A stretch of 64,000 nt of DNA, from positions 47,680,001 to 47,744,000 of the forward strand of contig CM052816.1 in assembly GCA_028534125.1 (NCBI GenBank), written 5' to 3'. This DNA is from Lama glama. Lineage: Eukaryota. The notes beneath the pieces were generated by a model. It saw only the letters and a program-made list of their open reading frames with translations, was not told the origin of the DNA and searched no databases. The first letter of the stretch is position 1. The number at the start of each line of letters is the position of its first letter. This document shows, piece by piece, positions 36,901 through 48,348 of the stretch. A program made the translations under genes and the position numbers.

Positions 36901-38716
36901 CCACATCTAGTTTAGGCCTGCTGATGCCTTTGTCCTTTTCCTGACATGACTGGTTGTGGATTCCAGGGTGTCCCAAAGATAGTGCTGGCCCACTGGTGAG
37001 TAGGGCAAGATCCCAGGCAGCTAGCTGAAGGGTCCAGGGTATCTTGGAACTGGTGTTGTCTTGCTTTTGGATAGGGCTGTGGCCTGGGGGTCCTGAGGAG
37101 TCTTGGGGCTGATGTCAGACTGCTGGTAGCCAGGACCCATGGCATCCTGGGGCTGGTGCCAGCTTGCTGGTGGGTTGGCTGGGTCCTGACGAAGTAGACT
37201 TCAGGGCTGTGGTGGTTCTGGGGTTGTTGTCCAGCTGCTGATGGATGGGGTCAGGGACCAGGGGATCCTGGGGTCAGTAACCACACATTAGGGAGTGAGG
37301 CCAAGTCCTGATGCTAGTGCCAGCCAACTGGCAGGCTAATCTGGGTCCTAGGATCTCTGGCCCAGAGTTCTCAGAGGTGTTAGACCATGGGTGGGTGGGT
37401 AGGGCCCAGGGCTCAGTGGTGGGTGGAGCCAGGTCCTGGGTTCTTTGACTGCAGCCGTTGGGGCTCGTGGAGCTAGTGTTGGCCTGCTTATGGGCACAGT
37501 TTATTCCTAACACAGCTGGCAGCAGGGTCCAGAGTGTCTCAAAACTTGTGTCAGTCTGTTGGTGTTTGAGGCCAAATCTTGGGGTGCCTGGCTGTGGGGT
37601 CCAAGGTGTCTCAGAGCTGGTGCTGGCTTGCTGGTGGGTAGGCTGGGTCCTGCTGTGGCGCATTGTGGGGCTGCAATGGTCCTGGGGCTGGTGTCCACCT
37701 GCAAGTGGGTAGGGCCGAGGCCCAGGTAGTCCCAGGGCTAGTTTCTGCTCACTGGTAGGGGAAGCTGGTCCTAAGGTTACTGCCAGCTCACTGATGGGTA
37801 GGGCCAGGGCTCAGGGTGTCCAAGGACTGGTACCTGCCCACTGGTTCTGGGGTCTCTGGCTGCAGGCCCTGGAGGTCCTGGGGCTAGTGCTGGTGCACTG
37901 GTGTGTGCTGCCAGATCCTGGGCCTGCTGGTGGACAAGGCCATGTCTCAGCATGGCTGTGGGCTAGGGGGGTCTTAAGGCAGCTTGCCTGCTGGTGGATG
38001 GGGCTGTATTTCTGCTCAGCTAGCTTCTTGGCCTGAGGAAACCTGGTGCTGGTGCCAACCAGTTGGTTGGCAGGGTCAGGTCCTAGTGTTAATAAGCAGT
38101 GAGAAGATTCCAAAATGACTTTTACCAACACTAGTGTCCACACAGTAGAATGAACTCCCCCAAAGGGCTGCCACCAGTGTCTGTGTCCCCACAGTGAGCT
38201 CTAGTTGTCTCCTGCCTCTCTGAGAGGCACTCCAAGATCAGTGGGTAAAAGTCTGACCCAGGATCCTTTCAAATTACTGTTTTTACCTTGGATCCCGGAG
38301 CATGTGAGATTTTCCACGCACTCTTTAAAAGTGGAGTCTCTATTTCCCACAGCCCTCTGGATCTCCCAAAAGTAAGCAAGCCCCTCTGGCCTTCAAAGCC
38401 AAATGTTCTGGGGTCTTCTCTTCCTGGTGCAGAACCCCCGGGCTGGGGATCCCAATGTGGGGCTCATACCTTTTGCTCCTTGGGGAAAACACCTGCAGTT
38501 TTGATTATCTTCCCATTTCTGGATCACCCACTCAGGGTTGTGGGTCTTGACTGTATAGGGATTCTGCCCCTCCTGCCCGTCTCATTGTAGTTCCTTCTTT
38601 ATATCTTTAGTTGTAGATCTTTTCTGCTAGATTCTCTGTAAATGGTTGTAATTTTGTGGTGCCCATGGGAGGAGGTGAGCTTAGTGTCTTCCTACTCTAC
38701 CGTCTTGCCAGGCACC
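33943..38716 (-). mobile_element. LINE-1 retaining both ends but with two large internal deletions
   Basis: Poly(A) end at about 33943; 3'UTR and ORF2 to about 36510 (RT motifs [54 protein letters not shown]); a ~220-bp ORF1 piece at 36515-36735; 5'UTR 36750-38716. Confidence 0.93.
36760..37900. repeat. Degenerate GC-rich tandem array within the L1 5'UTR
   Basis: At least 15 recurrences of a motif like gctggtgcYagcYtgctggtgggtRgggc at irregular 40-140 bp spacing. Confidence 0.85.
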
Positions 38717-40099
38717 TATAAGACTGCTTTTAAATTGTATTTAATGCTCCTACTATAATTTTTATTTAAAGATAAATTAATATCAGCAACATTTCCTTTG
38801 CTGCTTTCTCCTGTATTTCACTTTCTCATAAAATGATCTATTCTCACTTTGTGGTTTTGGTCCATGTTAAGACAGAGTAAAGTTTTGAGGATGGAAAAAA
38901 TTCAGAAACAACTTGAACAGTAGTTCATAAACCTAGGACGTTGATGACTTACTGGCCATTTGCAGAATAATTTTGTTTTAAAGAAGAAAGGAAGAACCTC
39001 CCTCCAGAGTTCCAAGCTCCTGATGCATATCTATAAAGGAAAAGTTGCTTTTGTAGATAGTCTGAGAAATAATTTCCTGGCAGTCAAGTGCTGTAACCCA
39101 CATGCCAGACAGAGAGTCTTTGTAAAAGAATGAATATCCTATCTATAAGACAAATTATTATAGCTATTGTCTTTTTTTTTCCACCAGGGAAAATAAGTTA
39201 TAGAACTTCAAGTCATAAATACATGGATCACAGCTTGTGAGCTTTGTAACATTTTATCAACTATAAAAGAAGTCTAGTGAAGCTAGACATGCATGTTTTT
39301 TGGTTACTCTTTTATGCTATCCTTAAAACTATTGTCTGTCAGTAGCCAAACAAAAACTATTCATGCTAACTGGAGGTGAGAAAGTTCAACTTGTTTATCA
39401 AGAGAGAAATATTTTATTGCTTATATTTTCCACACTGAAGCAAACTGATAAGCTTTAAAAGAGGAAATCCACTCATGCTAGGAATATGATAGAAATTATC
39501 TTTAGGCTTAAACTTTCTTCTTGGTATAGAGAATAACATTTTCAAAATGCATTCTTTGGCATTATGCTAGGGTTTATATTTCTATACATTTAGCAAATAA
39601 AGAATAGTCAAAAAAGTTTTCAAACTGTGTGGATGGATAAAAACAAAAAAGTGTGTATTACTGTCATTTTTATTTGATTATAGGTATACTACGCTCACAA
39701 GTCCAACCTAAACTGTAATCACAGGAATTAAAGCAGATAATAGATAAAGGTCTTCTTAAAAATATGTAGATTTTAAAGTACAGTCAGGTGGTTTCTGATT
39801 CGACATTCATGTTTGTGAATGGCTTGTACATTATAAATGATTCCAATTTAGGATATATTTCAGTCTTCATTCTAACTGGACACCCATTTCCTTTTTGGTT
39901 TTTCCTTTCTTCTACCATCTGCCTCTCAGTATGGTATTGAAGGTGTTTGTCTCTGCAGTGGAAATCACTTTCTTCTCTTTCTTAGCCCCTACCTGTTCAG
40001 CTGGCAGAATGGCTGAATGGCTTATGACTGCTGACATACTTATAATCTTATGACTGCTTATATACTTCCTCCTCTTTCTAAAGTTTCAGATTTAATTGG

Positions 40100-41450
40100 A
40101 ATACTTAGCAATAGGTACAAAAGTACAGTGATGGCTTTAATCTAACATTGATAGAACAATTGATTATCCATGTAGAAGGAAGAAAGAATTATGTCTCTAC
40201 ATTATGCCATATATGAAAGGCATTACCAGAGGAATAAAAATAACGTGTGAAGGATAAATTCTAAACATTTTAGAGAAAATATATTTATGACATCATAAGA
40301 AAAGATTTCTTAAACTAGACATAAAAAGCAATATGTATAAGATAAAAGGTTTAGGAGAAAAATATGACCTCAGGATAGGGAAGAATTTTTTAAGCAATAC
40401 ACAAAAAAATAATAATTAGAAGAGAAGACACTGCTAAGTTCAAATACATTAAAATTAAGAATTTCTGTTCATCAAAATATATATAGAGGAAATAAAAAGA
40501 TACTACAAGCTGAAAGGAAATATTTTCAACAATTAGGCAGGAAAGGTTTAGTAACTAAGTACAGAAAAATTCTTAGAAATACAAAGAAGACAAAAAATGA
40601 GCCAAAAAATATAAAAAGAAAGAAAACAGGTATTTCATAGAAGAGAAAACATAAATAGTTCATAAATATAATAAAAGAGATTCATAACAATCATTAGTTG
40701 TTAGGGAAATGTAAACTATAAACAGTTTGCTATCATTTGACATAATGTCATCACTGGCATAAATTTACAAACCTAACAATATCAAGTATTGGCTGCAATA
40801 TAAATCATCGAGGGATCTTAAACACTTGGTGGAAATGTAAACTGGCACTACCGCTCTGGAGAACAATTTGGAACTATCTTGTACAGGTAAATAATCGCAT
40901 TCTCTGCAACCCAGCAATTCCGCTCGTGGGTATAGAGCATGTGTCTTACACGTGTGAAAAATATATGTACCAGAGCAGTATAGTTAATAACAGAAAACCC
41001 CTGGAAACAAGCTAAATGCTATCGACAGGATAATGAACAGGTATGTGTATGGGTATTTTCCTAACAGAACATTCTTGATAGAATTTATTAGTGAGATGAA
41101 GGAACCATATCTACTTGCTTCAGTGGGGTTGAAGCTTAGACATGTAATATTGAGAGGGAAAGGCAAGTTGTGTAAAACAGTATACCACATGACGCTATTT
41201 TTGTAAAGTTCAAAAAAGCACAATGAAATACTTAATTAGACATATCTATGTGATAAATCTGTTAAAAAGCAAGTAGTTGATAAACAAAGTTCAGGATAGT
41301 GTTTACTTCTTGAAGAGAAAGAGTGGGGGGGAGGAGAGCACAGGTGGCAGCCAAGATTCCTACAATGCTCTCATTCTTAAGTTGGATCGTGATTTCACTG
41401 GTGTTTGACTATATATTTCCATGTATCAAATATTTTGTAACTAAACATTT
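40100..41450 (+). mobile_element. Old L1M ORF2 3' end and 3'UTR remnant
   Basis: cattaaaattaagaatttctgttcatcaaa; ggtggaaatgtaaactggcactaccgctctggagaacaatttgg; acccagcaattcc. Confidence 0.8.
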
Positions 41451-41463
41451 AAAGATAAATGTG

Positions 41464-41859
41464 TGGTATGGGCTGAATTGTCTCTACCCCTCCCCCCACC
41501 AAATTCCTGTGTTGAAGTCCTAACCCCAGGTACCTCTGAATGTGAATGTACTTGGAGATAGGGTCTTTAAAGAGGTAATTAAATCAAAATGAGGTCATTT
41601 GGTGGAGCTAATGCAATACGACTGGTGTCCTTCTGAGAAGAGGAAATTTGAACACAGACATGTACAGAGGGAAGAACATGTAAAGACACAGGGAAAAGGC
41701 AGCCATGTACAAACCAAGGAGAGAGGCCTCAGAAGATACCAGCCAGGCTGACACCTTGGTCTCAGGCTTCTGGCCCCCAAACTGTGAGAAGATATGTTTC
41801 TATTGTTTAAGCAGACAGTCTTTGGTATTTCATTATGGTAGCCCCGGAAAGCTAATACA
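41464..41859 (+). mobile_element. MaLR solo LTR, MLT1B-like
   Basis: TG...CA termini (tggtatgggctgaattg ... gctaataca), perfect 5-bp TSD atgtg (41459-41463 / 41860-41864), typical MLT1 internal text. Confidence 0.93.
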
Positions 41860-42111
41860 ATGTGAGTCCATAAAATAGCATAAATTAAATTACATTTATT
41901 ACTTAATTTTTTTTTTTAGTTATTCGGAAGCTTAATTTATTTCTGTTAACTGGGAACCTAGCCATCATTGCAATGTGTTTGCATTAGGAAATATATTCCA
42001 GGTTTAAAAACAACTAATTTGCAAGTTAACATTTTGGTTACAATCCATTCACACAGTGGGGCTCAGACTTTCTCGTCTCAGCTTTCTTTTGAAGGGCCCT
42101 GATGTAAGGTC

Positions 42112-42247
42112 ATTTTTTAATTTTTAATTTATTTTTAAATTGAAGTATAGTTGATTTATGATGTTGTGTTAGTATGCAGAATCTAAAAAGTGATACAAAT
42201 GAACTCATTTACAAAACAGAAAAAGACTCACAGACATAGAAAACAAA
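42112..42247 (-). mobile_element. Small 5'-inverted (twin-primed) L1 insertion
   Basis: Antisense terminus ttttaaattgaagtatagttgattta...gttagt joined to sense 3'UTR atgcagaatctaaaaagtgatacaaatgaac...acagacatagaaaacaaa; TSD ctgatgtaaggtc (42099-42111) / ctgatgtaagttc (42248-42260). Confidence 0.85.
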
Positions 42248-42324
42248 CTGATGTAAGTTCTTTAAAAGTCATTTTGTTACTCAACCTTGATTTTGGTTAA
42301 AAAGTACCTACTTCTTCATGGGAA

Positions 42325-42826
42325 TGGTGATATTTGTTTCCTTCACAAGGCAGAACCTGAGATGAGGGCCAGGGTGCAGTGGCTTACTTGGGAGGTGATA
42401 CTCAGAAGTAGGAGTGAGGGAGTGGAGAGTGGGACAGAGAAAAAGAGAAAGCCAGTAAAGGGTGTGTTAGGGAGCTGGTGAGTGTTTTGGGCAACTGGAG
42501 CTCCGTACAGCTGGGGACTCTCTGAGTACCCAGGACTTTAGAACTTCCCTCGATGGGTAGGAGGCTGGGGCGTTCATCAACTCCTGTCCTCCACTGGTTG
42601 AGGGTTGCTTCCAGAGATGTTAACTGCCCCACAATTCTACACTGCCCTGCTCCTGGCTGAATGGTCATATGCATGCAAAACACCTAAAATATACAAGCAG
42701 AGCTACCTGGTGGGCACTTAAGGTGGGGCTGCAGTGCTATGCATAGAAACCGTCCAGTAGAGCTTGTCGCTCAGGTCAGGGCAGGCGGAGGGGATGTGTC
42801 ATGGGCACAAAAGGCGTCTGCTACCA
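42325..42826 (-). mobile_element. ERVL solo LTR, LTR33-like
   Basis: aggcagaacctgagatgagg...ttgggaggtgat...gccagtaaagggtgtgtt...tgggcaactggagctc, ending ggcacaaaaggcgtctgctac. Confidence 0.8.
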
Positions 42827-42854
42827 ATGCTCGTTTCACTAGTCTAAAAGCCCT

Positions 42855-44092
42855 GTGTATCCTGAAGCCACAGAACTCTTAGGAGAGAGCAGAGGCAGGA
42901 CACTCTTAGACTTAAATCATAGCAATATTTTTAGACTCTGTCTCCTGAGGCAAAGGAAACAAAAGCAAAAATAAACAAATGAGACCTAATTAAACTTAAA
43001 TGCTTTTGCACAGTAAAGGAAACCATCCACATAACAAAAAGACAACCTCTGGGAGAAAATACTTGCAAATGATATGACTAACAAAGGATTAATATCCAAA
43101 ATTTATGAACAGCTCAATATAAAAAAAAAATAACTCAATCAAAAAAAAAAAGGGGGGCAAAAGACCTGATGGACATTTTTCCAAAGAAGATATACAGACA
43201 GTAAATAGGCACATGAAGAGATGGCTCAAAATCACTAATTATCAGAGAAATGCAAATCAAGACTACAATAAGACATCATCTCACACCTGTCAGAATGGCT
43301 ATCATAAAAAAGTCTACAAAAAATAAATGTTGGAGATGTGGGAAAAAGGGGAAACCCTTGTATACTGTTGGTGGGAGCATAAATTGGTGCAGCCACTATG
43401 GAAAACTGTACGAAGTTTACTCAAAAAACTAAAAATAGAACAACCACATGATTCAGCATTTCTACTCCTGGACATATATCCAAAGACACTAATTCAAAAA
43501 GGTACGCGAACCCCAGTGTACATAGTAGCACTACCTACATAGCCAAGATATGGAAGCAAACTAACCAGCTATCAACAGACAATTGGATAAAGAAGATAAT
43601 GTGGGTGTGGGTGTGTGTGTGTGTGTGTGTGTGCACATACACACATATATACACAATGGAATACTACTCAGCCGAAGAATAATGAAATTCTGCCACTTGC
43701 AGCAATATGGATGGACCTGGAGAATATTATGCTTAGTAAAATAAGTCACACAGAGAAAGACAAATACTGTCTTTTTCTTATCACTTACATGTAGAATCTA
43801 AAAAGTAATACAAATGAATTTATATCAAAACAGAAACAGACTCAGAGAGAGAGAAAAAAACTAGTGGTTACCAGAAAGGAGAAGGGCAAGTTAGGGGTAT
43901 GGGACTAAGAGATACAAACTACTTTGCATAAAGTAGATAAATAACAAGGATATACTGTATAGCATAGGGAATTATAACCATTATCTTGCATTGACGTTTG
44001 ATGGAGTATAATCTGTAAAAAAAAAAAAATACTGAATTGCTATATTGTACACCTGAAACTACTATACTGTAAATCAACTATACTTCAATAAG
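42855..44092 (+). mobile_element. 5'-truncated L1 (ORF2 C-terminus and 3'UTR)
   Basis: ORF 43250-43432 ([30 protein letters not shown]); ends gtaaatcaactatacttcaataa. Confidence 0.95.
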
Positions 44093-44180
44093 GAAGGAAG
44101 GAAAGAAAGGAAAAGAGAAAAGAAAAGAGGAGAGAAGAAAAGGACAGAGAAAGGGAGGAAGGAAGGAAGATAAAATAAAA
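44090..44180 (+). repeat. GA-rich simple repeat derived from the L1 tail
   Basis: (GGAA)n/(GAAAA)n-type purine tract directly after the L1 3' end. Confidence 0.85.
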
Positions 44181-44999
44181 TTAGATGAAAACAGTGGGTT
44201 GTTCTCAGTGGCAAGAAGTATCTTAGTCTGCTACAGGGAGAATGACGTTATTGGGGGAGCAAAAAAGAATCCCAAATATTAGTGCCATGATATCAGCAAG
44301 AAAGATGAATCATAAAAATAAATTAATGCCTACTTGCCTGTTGTCTAGTCAAGATGCAGTAAAGGTGCAAAAAGGCTCACTTGTTGTGAATTAAATACAA
44401 CCAGGCCACAGAATAATTAGAATAGGACCAACTGAATTCTTATCCAATTTCAGGAAAAGGGTGGAGACAGTTCAAGCTAAATGTATAAGTAATGTGAGAA
44501 ATAAATAAGGAAAGTGTATAGAGTTGATATAGATAACAAAATAAAATATCAACCATAAAATATAAAGTTAAAATTAGCTGAATTTTAGAAAAGTCTTTTT
44601 TTACTGATAATAACATCAAATTATAATTCATATTATATAACTAACCTCTTTCCCACTTGATATAAATAAATATCAAATGGCTAAACCTTAGTGCCACTAA
44701 TAACAATATTGACAAAAACAGTGAATGAATTGATGAATCTGACTCCCTGGCATAGCATACAACTTTAGAAACTGGCACATGCTTGTGATTTGCAAATAAA
44801 ACTTATTTTATGGGGGAGCCGTTATCGAAAGAGACTCCTTAGTTAAAAAGAGTCCAGTCTTAACTGACGCTGAAAAATGACACAGAATCATCCTTATTAA
44901 TGTGGTAGAACTTTCTTCCATGCAGAACATGATTTTGAGAAACGCACAGGCATATATTACCACTTCCAGATCAAATTTTTCTTGTGTCCCTGTAAGAGC

Positions 45000-45360
45000 T
45001 TTGCCTTCATTAGCATTTTCCCCGCCTAAATGCCCTCTCCTTTTTTTCTAAGAAGACTAAATTCTTTCCATGCAGCAAGGCCCAGCTCAAATCTGCTTCC
45101 CCTGGGAAGTTGCTCTGTCTCCTTTCATGCCAACACTAGCTCCTACCCTTGAAGCCCATCGCCTTTCTTCAGGTCACTCAGAATTCTGGGTCTCCGTTAA
45201 AGCTGTTTGTGGCCTTTTTCCACCCACTGCATTATAAATCCTCAAATGTAGAATTCACATCTGCTTTGTCTTTGAGTTGCTACTGCATCTTAGATAAGCA
45301 GTTTGCATATAGTAGGAGTATTAAAAAATAATTATTGGCTCAGTAAGTTAAACAAATGAT
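45000..45360 (+). mobile_element. L2 remnant
   Basis: aaggcccagctcaaatctgcttcccctgggaag ... cagtttgcatatagtaggagtattaaaaaataattattgg. Confidence 0.6.
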
Positions 45361-46421
45361 TGTATACCAGTAACACATCACAAATTATTTCAAATTATTT
45401 ATTGCTGCTTGCTTTTGTATCTTAGAAACCACTTTCCTCCCCATACATATAGAAATCTAGTTCTTCTATTAGTCTGATCCATTTTATGGCAGATAATTTC
45501 CACATGAATTCACAAATTGGTTATTGTTAATCATTGACAGTTTGTACTTGTTCAAGTTGTCTAATGAGAATAGGTTCTCAGAAATCCAGTTGAGCCATTG
45601 ATAGAATGAGTAAATGTTAAGAAGCAGAATCGCCAAATGAATTACTTGTATTTTTTTGAAAATAGAAAGCTCATAAATGAGCTTGTGAGCTCACACAATA
45701 GTTCCTTATTTATTCTAAATATCTTTGTAATTATATCCATGGAAGTTATTAAAATTTAGTTGTGATTCTTGCTAGTCAGTCTTTCTAAAAGTGATCTCTA
45801 AATATTACAGGAAATTGGGAGGAAAAGAAATTTTCTTGACTCAGCTAGTTGGCAGAGATAAACCATACATAACCTTTCTCTATTTCTTCTTTGTAATGTT
45901 ATTCAGAGAAAGCAAGTATTTCTCTGTAATCAAGGAAACTGGAATAAAATCTCCTTTAGAAAAAATTTTTGTTTCTTCAGTTTAGTCACTCAATCCAGAG
46001 TGTATGTTTATATTCTAAAAATAGTGGTTATAAAGAAATTTAGCAAAGACCTGGTTTCTGCAAGATATTCTCAATTCTATTATTTTAATACAGCAACCTG
46101 ATGTACTAAATCTGCAAGGAATTTTTTTCCAAGAATATTTTATGGGATCAACAGAATGAGCTAAGTTTGCCACTGGTTTCTATTCTCTGTAATTTTATTA
46201 TCATCAACTTAATTAAAGTCTCCGGGAAGAAATCTGGAAAAGCTCTTATGAGTATTTAAATGTTTTTTCAAGAGCACCTAATATTGAATCCAGAAAACAT
46301 TGCCAATCTATTAACCATTTCAAATGCCGCAAGAGAGAGATTGTTTATCTGACTTACAGGATCAGCATCTTAATTTATAAGGAACTGTACATCACGTGCC
46401 TTTGGTAATATTTTATGTTCT

Positions 46422-48003
46422 TTTTTTTAACATTTTTTATTGATTTATAATCATTTTACAATGTTGTATCAAATTCCAGTGTAGAGCACAATTTTTCAGT
46501 TATACATAAACATATATATATTCATTGTCACATTTTTTTCTCCGTGAGCTACCATAAGATCTTGTATATATTTCCCTGTGCTATACAGTATAATCTTGTT
46601 TATCTATTCTACAATTTCGAAATCCCAGTCTATCCCTTCCCACCCTCCTCCCCCTTGGCAACCACAAGTTTGTATTCTAAGTCTGTGAGTCTATTTCTGT
46701 TTTGTATTTATGCTTTGCTGTGTTTTTTTTTCAGATTCCACATATGAGTGATCTCATATGGTATTTTTCTTTCTCTTTCTGGCTTACTTCACTTAGAATG
46801 ACATTCTCTAGGAGCATCCATGTTGCTGCAAATGGCATTATGTTGTCGGTTTTTATGGCTGAGTAGTATTCCATTGTATAAATATACCACCTCTTCTTTA
46901 TCCAGTCACCTGTTGATGGACATTTAGGCTGTCTCCACATCTTGGCTATTGTAAATAGTGCTGCTATGAACATTTGGGTGCAGGTGTCATCCTGAAGTAG
47001 GGTTCCTTCTGAATATATGTCTAGGAGCAGGATTCCTGGGTCCTATGGTAAGTCTATTCCTCGTCTTTTGAGGAATCTCCATACTGTTTTCCACAGTGGC
47101 TGCACCAAACTGCATTCCCACCAGCAGTGTAGGAGGGTTCCCCTTTCTCCACAGCCTCTTCAGCAGTTGTTGTTTGTGGATTTTTGAATGATGGCCATTC
47201 TGACTGGTGTGAGGTGATACCTCATTGTAGTTTTGATTTGCATTTCTCTGATAATTAGTGACGTTGAGCATTTTTTTGTGTGCCTATTGATCATTTGTAT
47301 GTCTTCCTTGGAGAATTGCTTGTTTAGGTCTTTTGCCCATTTTTGGATTGGGTTGTTTGGTTGTTTCTTATTAAGTCGTATGAGCTGCTTATATATTCTG
47401 GAGATCAAGCCTTTGTCGGTTTCATTTGCAAAAATTTTCTCCCATTCCATAGGTTGTCTTTTTGCTTTACTTATGATTTCCTTTGCTGTGCAGAAGCTTG
47501 TAAGTTTTATTAGNNNNNNNNNNNNNNNNNNNNNNNNNNNNNNNNNNNNNNNNNNNNNNNNNNNNNNNNNNNNNNNNNNNNNNNNNNNNNNNNNNNNNNN
47601 NNNNNNNNNNNNNACACCATTTGCTGAAGAGACTGTCTTTATTCCATTGTATATTCTTGCCTCCTTTGTCGAAGATGAGTTGACCAAAAGTTTGTGGGTT
47701 CATTTCTGGGCTCTCTATTCTGTTGCATTGGTCCATATGTTTGTTTTGGTACCAATACCATGCTGTCTTGATGACTGTAGCTCTATAGTATTGTCTCAAG
47801 TCTGGGAGAGTTATTCCTCCAGCCTCTTTCTTTCTCTTCAGTAATGCTTTGGCCATTCTAGGTCTTTGATGGTTCCATATAAATTTTATTAATGATTTGT
47901 TCTAGTTCTGTGAAATATGTCCTGGGTAATTTGCTAGGGATTGCATTAAATCTGTAGATTGCCTTGGGCAGTGTGACCATTTTAACAATATTGATTCTTC
48001 CAT
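46422..48003 (-). mobile_element. Young 5'-truncated L1 with 17-bp TSD
   Basis: TSD gtaatattttatgttct (46405-46421) / gtaatatttaatgttct (48004-48020). Long ORF2 stretches ([68 protein letters not shown]). Confidence 0.97.
47514..47613. other. Assembly gap (100 N)
   Basis: Run of exactly 100 n inside the young L1. Confidence 0.99.
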
Positions 48004-48024
48004 GTAATATTTAATGTTCTAGAT

Positions 48025-48348
48025 CTGTACTGTCCAATATGGTAACCACTAGCCACATGTGACTAATGAGCACCAGAAATACGGCTAGGCCTAAGTGAGG
48101 TTTGCTTAACTGTACAATACAGGTCAGATGTTGACAACTGAGTGTGAAAAATATAATGTAAAATCTTGCTAATGATTTTTATATTGGTTATATGCAGAAA
48201 TGGTAATATTTTAGATATTTTCTTAAATAGAATATTAACATTACTTTCACCTGTTTTTCCTTTTTATAAAAGCAGCTGTTAGAAAATTTAGAATTTCATA
48301 TGTAGCTTGTGTTTGTGACTCAGGTTGTATGTCTTTTAGATAGCATTG
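48025..48348 (+). mobile_element. hAT-Charlie MITE, MER33-like
   Basis: Starts ctgtactgtccaatatggtaaccactagccacatgtgact, ends ttagatagcattg (degenerate TIRs), 324 bp long, preceded by Charlie-type target ttctagat. Confidence 0.85.

Noticed and set aside
36912..38590. Dense cluster of ORFs on both strands
   Set aside because: By-product of the GC-rich tandem L1 5'UTR.
47160..47856. ORFs of 129-203 aa containing X runs
   Set aside because: They are translated through the assembly gap in L1 ORF2.
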